Below are positions 40,571 through 52,284 of a DNA stretch of 64,000 nt, piece after piece; the stretch's first letter is position 1; each line of letters begins with the position of its first letter. The translations under genes and the position numbers were made by a program. This stretch comes from Seison nebaliae (taxonomy: Eukaryota): assembly GCA_023231475.1 (NCBI GenBank), contig JALJEE010003034.1:1-64000 (forward strand), written 5' to 3'. A model generated the notes under the pieces. That model was not told where the DNA came from and ran no database searches. It worked only from the letters and a program-made list of their open reading frames with translations.

Positions 40571-40714
40571 ATGGGATCATCGAGTTCAAAGCCTCAACCA
40601 TATCCACCTGCTTATCCACCTCCAAGGCCTATGCAACCCAATCCATATATGAATGGATGCCGATCTCCATACGGACATGGAGGTGGTTATTATGGAGGAA
40701 TGGGTTATTATTAA
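40571..40714 (+). CDS. 47-aa Pro/Tyr/Gly-rich micropeptide with N-myristoylation motif
   Basis: MGSSSSKPQPYPPAYPPPRPMQPNPYMNGCRSPYGHGGGYYGGMGYY*; GC-rich island; TATAAAA ~30 nt upstream; AATAAA ~55 nt downstream. Confidence 0.7.
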   Translation: MGSSSSKPQPYPPAYPPPRPMQPNPYMNGCRSPYGHGGGYYGGMGYY

Positions 40715-41176
40715 TCCAGTACCAACATCCAACCACATAAATTACTTTTAAATTGAGAACTTTCAATAATAAACTCCTATATTATACAAATGATTCTTTA
40801 ACAAATATTTCTCTATTCTGATTTCCATTTTTTTGATCATAATAATAAAAACTTTAACTTTAATTCCAAATTGTATTCTTTCAAATTTTTTATTCATAAT
40901 AATAGTTTATTATTTATACGGAATAGTTTACTAAAGACTAATCGTTACATCCTACAGAAATATCTACAAAGATCTTTGGAACTAATATAACCATTGATAA
41001 TATTCAAACTATGAAGATTTTTCAGGAGACCATAATTATTGAATATGATTATCATAATAGATATAATTTAATCATAAAATTTTCGTGTAATATATCGGTA
41101 TTAGATGGATGAAATTTAGCTCAAATAATGGATTTAATTCGAATGTAAATTACCGGCCGATAATTCAGTAACCGAA

Positions 41177-41658
41177 ATGAGCAAAAAAGAGGTTAAATTT
41201 TAAATTTATCTAGGAAATTAAGCTCGATTCCTAATGTCTAAAGATCTTAGAATGTTATCGGAAGTTGATGCGCGTAAAATACAATGTGTTCAAGAATGAT
41301 GTTAAATCTCAAAAAAGTTAATCTGAAACCTAAATTTTCTTTTCTGAAATTGTTTTTCTTCTACAAATCAGTTTTACAAAAGAAAATTCAAGAGGAAATA
41401 AAAAACCAGCAAAAGGGAGACGATGTAGAATTGTTAATAAAGAAATGGAATAATGTGGCAGAGATTATGAATAAATCCGTCATACAATTGGAAACTTTAG
41501 ACAATGGGAAATACAGTTATTTCTTTCAATTTCGCATTAACTAGACTGGGCGAGTTAATTTATTTACAAATGTAGAAGCACATATTCGACCGGAACAATT
41601 GAACAATAACGCTCCTTTCCGAAACGAGGACGGTTCGTGTATGGACAAGGAGAAGTGA
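41177..41658 (+). CDS. LYRM7: LYR-motif complex III assembly factor (LYRM7/MZM1-like), 4 exons
   Basis: Spliced MSKKEILECYRKLMRVKYNVFKNDVKSQKILQKKIQEEIKN..VAEIMNKSVIQ..HIRPEQLNNNAPF matches the LYRM7 pattern (VFKND, SVIQ). Confidence 0.75.
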
Positions 41659-42583
41659 ATGACAAGGCCAATTTGGAATGATTCATATCATATTTAAGAT
41701 TTGATTTTTACTTTAAATAAATCGCATATAAGGTAATTTAATTAACTTCCCCGTGTGTTGTATGAATGTTAAATTAAGTTTGACAAACAATAAAATTTCT
41801 GTTAAAAAGTTTGATTTAAGTTTGGGTAAAAATCTCTTTAAAAGATTTCAGTTTCGATTGTAAATTATTCATCAAGAGAAGAATTTCATCAGAATTCGAT
41901 GAATCTTGATGTGTTCGATCAAAAGTTGTCTTTAATGGAGAACAGAGTGGAAGAGGATACAACGAATGAAATGAAAGTATTTGGGAAAAGATGAGTCTTA
42001 AATTGATTGATAAGAACCATATTGAAATTGTGTTGACACCGGTTGTTGACAATTGGTTTATATTTGATAGTTTTCGTCAATTCGTTCTGTTTTCTTTGGT
42101 AACAAGTTATTGGTAAGAATAAGAGAGAACGAGCAAATATTATTATCTTATGTGAATGTTTAATAATTATGAGTTTCGTTTTTGATGACGACGATCATCA
42201 TGATGATTTAAGTTATTGTTTGACGTTGAGAGAGGATGATATTAAATAATTTAGAAAGATAAACTGTTAGAGAGAAAGAGAAGAAAGAGGAAAAGGAAAG
42301 GGAGGGGAAGGAATTATATGAAACAATGAGAAGTTTTGGAATACCATTCACTCAACATCGTATCTAGATTCTTCTTCATTAAATTCTTATGATTGATAAT
42401 TTAAACTCTATCGCATTAGAGAGATAAGCGAATGAGATCAATTCTCACATCGTTAAAATACTCACCGATTAATATACGACTTAATAGAGTTCTTAATGCA
42501 ATTCAAAGAATTCGAGCAACATATTCACATGAAAAGGAGAGAGAGAAGGATCGACGAAACAATAGAATTGAATTTCCATCATT

Positions 42584-45500
42584 TCATTCAGTCTTTTTCT
42601 CATTTTCTATCAAGTGAAATTTGAATAGCTGCTTCAAATTGCCTTCACTCACTAATCTTGCTATATCAATATTGGGACGGGAATCTGTCATCGGCGTCGT
42701 CGTTGCTTTGTCACTAGGTGACGGTTTGGGCGTCAACGGTGACATGGACGGTCGAACGATACTCTCATGATCAATAGAGTTTCCCTTCAATGCTTCTCCT
42801 TCAACTGAACTGGTTAGATGGTGCTCGTTCTTAACATTATTCTCCTTGTCCATCGAGCTCATTGATCCTTCATTCTTCTTTATGTCCGCGTCCGATTCCA
42901 TCACAACAGATACGGAACTGCATGAAATGAAACTCTTAACCAAATTTTTACTTTTATCTAAGCTTAGATGGTCGTCGTATAATTTCCTTGTTTTATTTTC
43001 TTTGCAGTTTGGATATAATCCACTTCTCGTCAAGTTAGTTCGCTTCTCTAATCCTGCACGATTCTCCAATGAAGAAGGTTCATAGATCTTAACTCGAGGA
43101 TCATCAGAATTATTAAGATCTGATGGATATTTCACTACTGGAGATGCTTCTTTCAATTTTGGACAATTATAATTTCTCGAATTGATATCAGATCGTTTCC
43201 TATTTATATTATCCTTCAAAATAAACGACAGACGTTTATAGAAACATAATAATTTGTAAATCGACTAACTTCATCTTTGAATCGCAAATCGACATCACCT
43301 GTAAAATTTGATTTCGTCTCTGGAATATCTTGAATAAAAAGGAGATTAATTCGATAAGAATCGAGAAGAATATGATAACACTAACTTGCCATCAAATGTT
43401 TCTTGTCTGTTAATTTTGATCGATCAACAATTGGAGTTGGAAGTAATCCTCCTTTTCGACTATCAATCATTTTCATTCTATTCTCATAACATTCAGGTAT
43501 TGTATCAATTAATGGTTGAAGATGTGCCTTCAACACATTCCCCACTTCATTGTCACATGCACGAGGTAATTGTTTAGTTGCTGAGAGAACAACATTGTTC
43601 GGTATTGAGGTAATTTTTGGGAAATTGACATTAGTGAAACAATTATTTTCTGTTGATGGAAAAGGAAATTTTATTGTTGTTGATGTTGTTGTTGCTGTTG
43701 TTGTTGTTAGTATTGGTATAATATCTTCTTTTTTAGCTATTGAAATTTTATAAGTATTTTTAATTCCATTCGCTTGTGAAAATAGTGGACGGTTTGGATT
43801 GGATTTACTATATCTCGATTCATATTCTTCTTCTTTCAATTGAATTGTGAAAATATTATTCATTTTATCTTGATTCTTCAAATCCTCACTCTCCATCTCT
43901 TTACGACACTTGAAAAAAAAAAGATAAAAATTGTATTAGAGAAAAACATATTGGGAAGACTTAAATCTAACTAATTCCATAGCATTCTGTAAATATTTTG
44001 GGATATCTTTGTGAGAGAATCGACAAACCGATCCAGAACGACATCCAATTCGAGACAAATGATAAAATTTACAAGGGAAGTCTCCATGTAAGAATGGACA
44101 AGCATCGCCCTTGTTGCATTGGTTCGTCAAATAGAATTTACAAACTGTTAAACTTTTCTTCTGTTCATTCTCCATATTCACATCACCATCGTCATCCGGT
44201 CCTTTAGATGAGATGTCATGAGAGAAGGTACAGGCATCTCCTTTCGTACATTTCCCACTAAAGAAATATCGACACTTCACTCGATTCTCTTCACGCTTCT
44301 TCTTCATTTCTATATATAACTGACTTTTCATTTGTTGTTTCAATTGTTTTGCCGATATCAAACTTGCCTTTTGACGGACACCATATACATCCTGAAAAAG
44401 ATATGATAGAAGAAAATGATAATCGAATGGAAACTTGTTGATTATTATCATGTGGATGAATTTGTTTATTCGCCTTCTTATTCTATAAAAGGAGAATGAA
44501 CAAAAGAAATTAATAAAATTTGATGGAAGAAGAATAAAAACGATTATAAGTTCCTCATTATTAGTTAAGTCTTCTTCATCATTCTCTTCCAAGTTAATGA
44601 ATGAATAATCATTTCTATTGACGTCATCATCTTCTCGTGCTAGTAAGGAATCTTTTGATTCGATCGAATCTAACAACGCGTCAAATGTTATCATTTGTTC
44701 ATTATCTATCGCTTCCTGTTTACGTCGTCTAATGAATTCATATTTCAATCGTCTCTGCTTCGTCAATGGCATCAAACCATCCATCCCTATCCTCCTTTCC
44801 TTATTCTGTGATTTTTTTTTATGTAATCTCTCTGATTTAACACTTCTGTGCGAATATCTAATACCTAAAGTGACATCCTGTTTCTTAATTAGAATTTTGT
44901 TCTATGAATATTGTTATTGTTCTGAAAAATTTTGAAATATTCTTTTTCGATTTCAATTTAATAAACAATTCCTTTACACATTCAATATAAATTAGAATTC
45001 TAATATTTTCTACTTTTAAACAATTTCACTCCCATCGAAAAAATATTATATTATAATATCCCAAATGATTTTACATTCTTTAATCAATTCATATAACTAA
45101 ACTATTCATGAAAAATACTATTGTACCTCCTTTAACAAAATTTTTCTATTTTCAAATTGATTCTATTCCATCTCCTATGTATCACGAGATCGAAATCATC
45201 ATTTTAATAATCGAAATCTTTTTTTTTAATATGAATTGAAGAAACTGTTAACCTGTGTCTTCGGATTTGGTAATGGCCGTTTCCGCAAATGCTTATAAGG
45301 TTTGGATGATGGATCTATGATAGAAGAACGAATAAATTTACATTAATTACTACCAATTATGATAAAGATGAAACCAATATTATTGTTATTAATCGTTTTA
45401 TGTCGATGTTTATTATTCAATTTACTTTTCTCCTCTTTCTTCTTCTGAAAAGTATTGTTGTTAGTCGTCGTAATAGTCGTCTTCGATACATTGGCACCGT

Positions 45501-45712
45501 AAGATAACACATTCTCATTGCAATGCACCACCGCATACTGACCATTTGATTGCCATTGTTGTTGTTTTGATGGAATTCCATTCGATCCTTTCCTCATATT
45601 TTCCTCAATAATATCTTCTTCCTCATTTATCTCTCCATCTTTAAAAGAAAAATATTCGAAAAAAAAAAGTTGAGAAATAGAGACCTTCTATGAGTTTATC
45701 TTCTGCCTCCAT
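42584..45712 (-). CDS. Triple CCCH zinc-finger protein (ZC3H4/6/8 family)
   Basis: CRYFFSGKCTKGDACTFSH, CKFYLTNQCNKGDACPFLH, FPCKFYH..CRSGSVCRFSH; N-terminal EDGEI motif; DPR motifs; 3' end uncertain. Confidence 0.8.
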
Positions 45713-47020
45713 CTCTGATACCTTCAACTTATAATTTATTTCTATTAAGTTCGATTTAATTATTTAGTTAAATTTCCACTAAATGCTTGTTGTTCGTTCG
45801 TCCAACGGAAGATTATATGACAAACGAACGACGAAAGGAAGACGTATGTTATTTGTACGTTTAATTATTAATTAAAATTGATCGAAAAAATCAATTAACT
45901 ACACAATTAATATTCGCAGTTTAAGATGGAATCTAGCGGTAAGAAAATAGAAGAAATGAATGAAAATAATAAAGAATTATAATGAATAAAAGATATCTAA
46001 TAAAATTATTACTTCCAATCGAACGAACTACCGAAAATATAACAGTAGTCGTAGTAGTAGAGACTTGTCACAAAAGAACGTTCTCGTTTTGGCTTTGGAA
46101 AAATAAAAATGAAAATATGAAAAATTCTTAATTCTGCTCTCGATTAAAATAGAAAACGAACACTCTTTCCATTTCACATACAACTTATCCAATAAATCAT
46201 TTCTTATCTTATAAATTTTCCGTTTTCTTTTTTTTATTTCATCTCTAGTCAGTGCCTTTTATACGAGATGGGTTGGATTCGATCGATCCTTTAAGATTCA
46301 ACACATTCGACTACATTGGTAATGAGTAGAAGAATATGTATCTTTAAACGTGATGAATTATTTTTTTAATTAATAATGACATGAAAAAATATTATTTGAT
46401 TATTCGAATTCAATAAAATCTAATGAAATAAAATTTTCTTCTCAAATTCACCTCTCTTCTCTAAGAAATGAGAGGAACATTTTGTGATATAGAATATATA
46501 TGGAATCTTTTAATTCCTCTTAATCATTAAATGAGTAATATATGTTAATTTAATCTCCATCTAAACAAATTCAATCTTTCAGTTATCTTTGTTTTAATTT
46601 GGAATAATGGTGGAATAAATAATTTGTTGGATTTTCCACAGAACCAATTCAATTTCTTTTCTATTATTTAGATGAATGATATTTCTTGATGATATGAATG
46701 TGTAAAGAAGGACTTCTAATGAATCTTGCAATTTCCCTTTAAATAATTTTAACTATTCTCGTATAACATGGATAAACAATACTGTTAAATCAACAAATAA
46801 GTATCTCAGCATGTCCAGGAATGTCGTGGAGAAATTTTTCATAATTACCATGTTCAAATTTTAAGCTTCGGAGAGCATAAAAATGCTTTTTAAATTAAAT
46901 ATCAGATATTTAATGTTTATTATAGTATTGCTCCAAAACGTGTTTTTTGAATGTTAGGCATCGTTATTTCAAATTTAAAATACTCATTATTTTTTCAAAA
47001 ATAAATTCACATGTCCACTC

Positions 47021-48142
47021 ATGTCTCTTATTTATAATAATGATAATAAAGATTTTATTTTGTCGGCATTAAAAATAAATGAAAGAATTGGAAGAACGAA
47101 CGCTTTTGAACATCGTGATATCAAATTTAAATTTTATGAAACTGAATCAATTAAAGATTTCGAGAATGATGTGAATGACGGAGATATCGAAAGAATACAC
47201 AATTGGTATGTTCGTGGAACGACGGTGGAAGTCAATATTGGAGATACTGTTGTCATTGGACAAGTGAGTGCTCGTATTCAAAGTCCTTATGAATCGCGCA
47301 ACAATGAAGGAATAGTTAATATTAACTTCGAAATTCTTCAAAATGCCTTTGGTAATGTCGATGTCTCTCATCAAGCAAATAGATCATTATCCGTTGAAAT
47401 GTCGAGATTGCTCGAAAGGAATATTTTGAGATCATCAATGATTGATGTTGAATCATTATGTATCCGTTCCAATGAACAGGTGTGGAAGATTGACATTAAT
47501 CTGCTATTATATCGTTATGCAGGAAATATTATCGATACGGCAAACTTGTGTTGTTTGGCCTTACTGAAAACATTTCGACGACCAGAAATCGAAGTGAAGG
47601 AAGATGTGAATAATGGATATGCCAATATCACATTAATGAAAGACTGTGATATGATTCCATTATCTATTCTTCATTTACCCATTTTCTGCACTTTCAATTT
47701 CTTCAATGACGCCCAACAATATGTTGTGGATGCGAATGAAATGGAGGAAGTGTTCTCGTCAAGTCGTATGATGATTTCTATCAACGAACATTTGGAGATT
47801 TGTTGTATGAGAATTCAGGGAGAAGGAAACATCTCACAAGAGAAATTGAATCATTGTATAAGAATCGCCATAAAGCATTGTAAATGTCTTCGGAAACGAC
47901 TTCTTGACAATGTCGATGAATTTATGAAGAAGAATTTACCCGACCAGAAAGTTAAACGATTTAAAGTGAGCAAATTCAATGTAGAAAAAGAAAAGGATTT
48001 TGAATCGTTTATTGAAAATGAGAAGAAGTTAATCGAAGAAACGGAAAAGAAAATGAAAGAAGAATCTCACGACAAAACTATGACGAATGATGATGATGAT
48101 GATGATGAAGGTGAAATATTACTGAAAACTTTAACTTTATAA
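47021..48142 (+). CDS. EXOSC9: Exosome core subunit RRP45
   Basis: RNase PH fold: SRLLERNILRSSMIDVESLCI..VWKIDIN..GNIIDTA..ALLKTFRRPE, PLSILHLPI. Confidence 0.9.
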   Translation: MSLIYNNDNKDFILSALKINERIGRTNAFEHRDIKFKFYETESIKDFENDVNDGDIERIHNWYVRGTTVEVNIGDTVVIGQVSARIQSPYESRNNEGIVNINFEILQNAFGNVDVSHQANRSLSVEMSRLLERNILRSSMIDVESLCIRSNEQVWKIDINLLLYRYAGNIIDTANLCCLALLKTFRRPEIEVKEDVNNGYANITLMKDCDMIPLSILHLPIFCTFNFFNDAQQYVVDANEMEEVFSSSRMMISINEHLEICCMRIQGEGNISQEKLNHCIRIAIKHCKCLRKRLLDNVDEFMKKNLPDQKVKRFKVSKFNVEKEKDFESFIENEKKLIEETEKKMKEESHDKTMTNDDDDDDEGEILLKTLTL

Positions 48143-48180
48143 AATTATTATTCTTAATCGAATTTTTAAGAGAGACATTG

Positions 48181-49617
48181 TCATGTATTCAACTCAAAAG
48201 TTTGTACTCTTCGTCCACGAAAAAATGATCTTGTAAATTTCCTGAATAATCTCCTGATTTCGGGGAAGGTGAAGATGTCGAGAATGAAGATATAAGAGAA
48301 ATAGGAACTCGCTGACAATTTGAGAAATGGGAGAATATAATGATGGAATATTTCTAATTTGACGATTGAAAGTTTAATGTAAATTAAAAATTCCATATAG
48401 AGATAATAAGGGAAAGTGAGGAAGATGAAGATGATGTTCCTAACTAGTAAATATTTGGAAATATTTACATGAATATTTTGAAATTTCTTCAAGAATTTTG
48501 ACGATTTCCGATTGTTTTTCGTTTGGCGGATGTCGACGATGAGAATGAGGATGGAAATGATAGCGAGAATGATGGGAATGAGATAGAAAAGATAGAATTC
48601 AACTGACGATAAATAATTTTTCATAAGAAATTTAAAATGTGAATTATTCGTGAGTATGTGACGAGTTAGAGAGGATTGATTGGAATAAATACAAAAGTTT
48701 TGTGGTAATTCAAAGGGGAGATAATGAATTGTGGTGATTGATGAGAGGAAGAGAATGACAATGAAAGGAGTATAGAAAGGATGACGAGAGAAAATATAGA
48801 TGAACCATCGACAAAATGAAGATTTCCCATAAAAGAATTTATGGGATTTGATTGATCGATGGAAATGTTTCCGTTTCTTTTTGATGTAAATATAAATTCG
48901 TTTGATATTCATAAACATCTCACAAAAAATGATTAGACGAATATTAAAAAATAAATGAAATGTTCTCAAATTGCATAAGATGTCCGTATAAAAATATTTG
49001 TCTATAATATGATAATCTGTCAAATCATCTTTCCAATTCATGCAAAGTGAAATCATTTCCGGTAAATGAAGATGGATAATAATGAAGATTGATGACAAAT
49101 AACGAATAGTCATCATATAATAAATGAATAGATTGAATGAATAGCGACTGGTGAAAATTCGGAAGTCATTTCTTAATAAATTATCGAAAACATTCGTTGT
49201 CTTTCTATCATAATCGATGGATGTTATGAAATTATTTTGAGTGAAATCTTCTTTTTTTTCATCACTCCATCGAATAGAGATTCGTTGATGAGAAATATCA
49301 TCTTCCAAAGTTTTCGTGCTAATCAATTCGATATCTGACGAACGTTGACATTTTAACACTTTCTTCTGATATCTTTTGATTTTATTCGAAATGTTCATAT
49401 ATCGTTCGTGGTATTCATTAATAATTTCTGACCGTTTCTTTTGAATTAGATGAATATAGAGGAAGAAGAAGAGTAGATTAAATGTCAATCCAAAAATGAA
49501 ATTGATGAAAGCAATATATAATTCCACAAGATCAATATAATGATATTGACGATGCCATTCGTCAGATGTATGTTGATGGAATTGACATTCGTCACTAATA
49601 TTTTCTAAGAAGGACAT
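48181..49617 (-). CDS. Divergent rhodopsin-like 7TM GPCR, intronless
   Basis: Seven hydrophobic segments; TM1 FGLTFN, Cys at top of TM3 (ILCNL) and in ECL2 (NFCI), YLIP in TM5, FLTFPY in TM6, helix 8 EIRRLF. Confidence 0.7.
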   Translation of the reverse strand: MSFLENISDECQFHQHTSDEWHRQYHYIDLVELYIAFINFIFGLTFNLLFFFLYIHLIQKKRSEIINEYHERYMNISNKIKRYQKKVLKCQRSSDIELISTKTLEDDISHQRISIRWSDEKKEDFTQNNFITSIDYDRKTTNVFDNLLRNDFRIFTSRYSFNLFIYYMMTIRYLSSIFIIIHLHLPEMISLCMNWKDDLTDYHIIDKYFYTDILCNLRTFHLFFNIRLIIFCEMFMNIKRIYIYIKKKRKHFHRSIKSHKFFYGKSSFCRWFIYIFSRHPFYTPFIVILFLSSITTIHYLPFELPQNFCIYSNQSSLTRHILTNNSHFKFLMKNYLSSVEFYLFYLIPIILAIISILILIVDIRQTKNNRKSSKFLKKFQNIHVNISKYLLVRNIIFIFLTFPYYLYMEFLIYIKLSIVKLEIFHHYILPFLKLSASSYFSYIFILDIFTFPEIRRLFRKFTRSFFRGRRVQTFELNT

Positions 49618-49775
49618 GATGATGAGTTTATTGAAAAAAAAAATATTTCATCGAGATGAAAGATATTTGTTGAAAGAGGAATATTAATCATTAGGTGAAA
49701 TTTCACATCTTTCCAAAATCGAATAAAACGTGCTCAACTCATCCACAATTCATTAAAGGAGTGGTAGAAGAACAG

Positions 49776-50707
49776 TTATTTTGTATCAACCAACAGAATT
49801 TTCTTTTGACTTTTCATCAATTCTTCATTCACCTTCTTCACATACTCAGTCATTTCATCTTTTATCTATTCAACATGAAATGGCAATGAATACATCAATC
49901 AATTCAAGAATCAAATTTAACGAGATTATTCAAAGCAAAAATTAAATCTTTCGACTCTTCTTTCTCCTTTCGACGTATTTGCTTATGAAATGAATTATGT
50001 TGTGTTCGCAAATCGACAATTGCCTTGTCCGCCAGATTTTTCGCATTTCCACTCAATCGCAATCTGTGTTCGCGTGTCAATCTATCATCATGACCAATTA
50101 TTGAGAATTAGCAATCGATTAAAAATGCGAACCGTTGAACAGGAATAAATATACTTGTCTTATCTTGTTGAGGATGGACGGATAACGATGAATTTTCAAT
50201 TGATCGTACTACTTCTGGAATATACTTCAACAAAGAAAATCATAAATTAATTAAACGATCCAAAAATGAACTTGAGGAAAAGAATTCATATCAACTACAA
50301 TAGTTTTCTCATCAAATTTATTGATCGATGAAAAATTTCCTAATTTCTCCAGTTTATTACCAATTTTCACATTAAAATTTTCGAGAACATCTTCAATGAT
50401 TGATACGTGTAATTAGTAAAAAGTGAAAATATAACTGGTATCCAATCGAAGCGGTAATTTCTTGTCTAAATCCATCTTCAATCGATTCACAACGTCCGTC
50501 ATATTCCTCTTGAATTTATCGAAATCGATTACGGAGTTCAATTCATCATTAGATAATGTTATTTTCTTTATATTCTTCTGACGCTTCTCTCAAATCGAAC
50601 AAAGAGGGAAATTAAATCATTACGAAAATGAATGAAAACTTGCTAAATAATTAGATGTGGACAAAGGTTGGACCGGTACGACAAAAAAACTTGTCGCTTG
50701 TCGACAT
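49776..50707 (-). CDS. MRRF: Mitochondrial ribosome recycling factor (absent from ORF track; N-terminus uncertain)
   Basis: Spliced exons give NMTDVVNRLKMDL..VVDMNSFPQ|YIPEVVRSIENSSLSVHPQQDKTSIFIPVQR|LTREHRLRLSGNAK. Confidence 0.8.
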
Positions 50708-52284
50708 AATTGTCCTAATAAAATTTTCTTTAAATTTTGCATTTCTATCTGATAATTTTAAGAATATGTTTTACAAAATTGTTATGTTTCCGTTTGTTCA
50801 TATAAAAAATTAAAATCTCTCTGATCAAGAATCAAGAGAACCACTAACTCAAATTCGGCAAAGTAGTTGATAAGGCTTTCGAATTAACTGTGTGGAATGG
50901 AAATCGACATAAAGAACATGTCGAATTAATTCACGAGGTTCAACAATCAATCTTAAAACTACAAATGCTTAACAAGTAATTTTACGACTCGAACTATTCT
51001 TAAAAAGTTTAAAAAATTATTGAATATTGATATATCAATCATTTTGTCTCATTTCCGAACTTCTTCCTGTTTATACCTAATTTTTAGTAATCAATTAAAA
51101 TTATTATTAGTTAAAATTGTTTAAACTTGATAATAACAAATTGTTATTAACAATCATTAAAAATGTTTTTGTAAAATATATCAAGTACTCCAAACGCTTT
51201 ATTGTAATCATGTTTAGTTTGAAAATTTGTATATTACAGTATGGTAGATTAATAATGATAATAATTGATGATATTCTTCAACTTCACAATTTTAATTCAT
51301 TGGATTACAGAATCTTATTCTTTATCTCCTTCCTTCTTTATTATTATTTTTAATTTATCTAATAAGAGTGAAGTTAAGTTGTTGGAAATTTAGTATTATG
51401 GACATAAGAATAAACATTCGATTTATTTTGTAATTAAGAAGTTTCCCTGGGAACTGGAATTAAATAGGTACAATTTATACGATAACATGAAACTTCTATG
51501 GTTGAAAGTTACTGTATTTTGTAAAGAAAGAGAAAACTTCTTCAACCTTCAAATGTGGCAGCAGAATGAATGCAATAAAGAACAGGAATTGCATTTTTAT
51601 TCAGTTTTTTTATTCAGACAGCTATTCTTTTAAAAGAGGAAAATGTGATATTTCCCTCAATTTCTTATGAATAATCATTTTGTGAAACTTATCAGTTACT
51701 TTCTATTTCGATTGGAATTTGTAATGATCGAAATAAATGATGATTCGCTGTGAACAGCAGAACATCTTCAGTTTTACATGTTCTTTTTTTTCTTTATGAA
51801 GAGAATGAAATAGCTGAAGATGATTTCTTTATTTCCTAAAAAAATAAAAAAATTTAATAAATATAAATTGCATTTAATGGATTAAATTGATTTTATTAAT
51901 ATGTATTAACACATTATACTTATAGATAATAATATTTGAAATGATTTCAAATATTGATTAAATAATCGTATTTAAACAGTCAAATTTCTATGTGATCTTT
52001 GAACTGTTTTAAAAAAAATATGTAGAATAAGTGATGATAATAAGAATTAAACATGAGATATTTTTCGTATTATTTTTCTTTTTTTTGTTTGTTTTCTTTT
52101 TCTTTTATTTTCTCATTTACTTAAAGTCTCGTTGAATTTATCTATTTCATTTTTTGTTTCAACATTTCTAGTATTGTTTTAAAATAATTTCATTCTCATT
52201 TGGACATTCTTCGTTGTTTTGTATAAACTAATTGGAAGCGGATAAATTTAGTAAGTTCAATTTCACTCCAACTATCACATCAAA

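Noticed and set aside
41177..41260. In-frame TAA in LYRM7 suggesting a pseudogene or stop-codon reassignment
   Set aside because: It disappears when the CTAAAG acceptor at 41243 is used; all other genes translate with the standard code
41816..42480. Additional minus-strand exons downstream of the CCCH gene
   Set aside because: Two exon-like pieces join in frame, but no consistent upstream frame or start could be built
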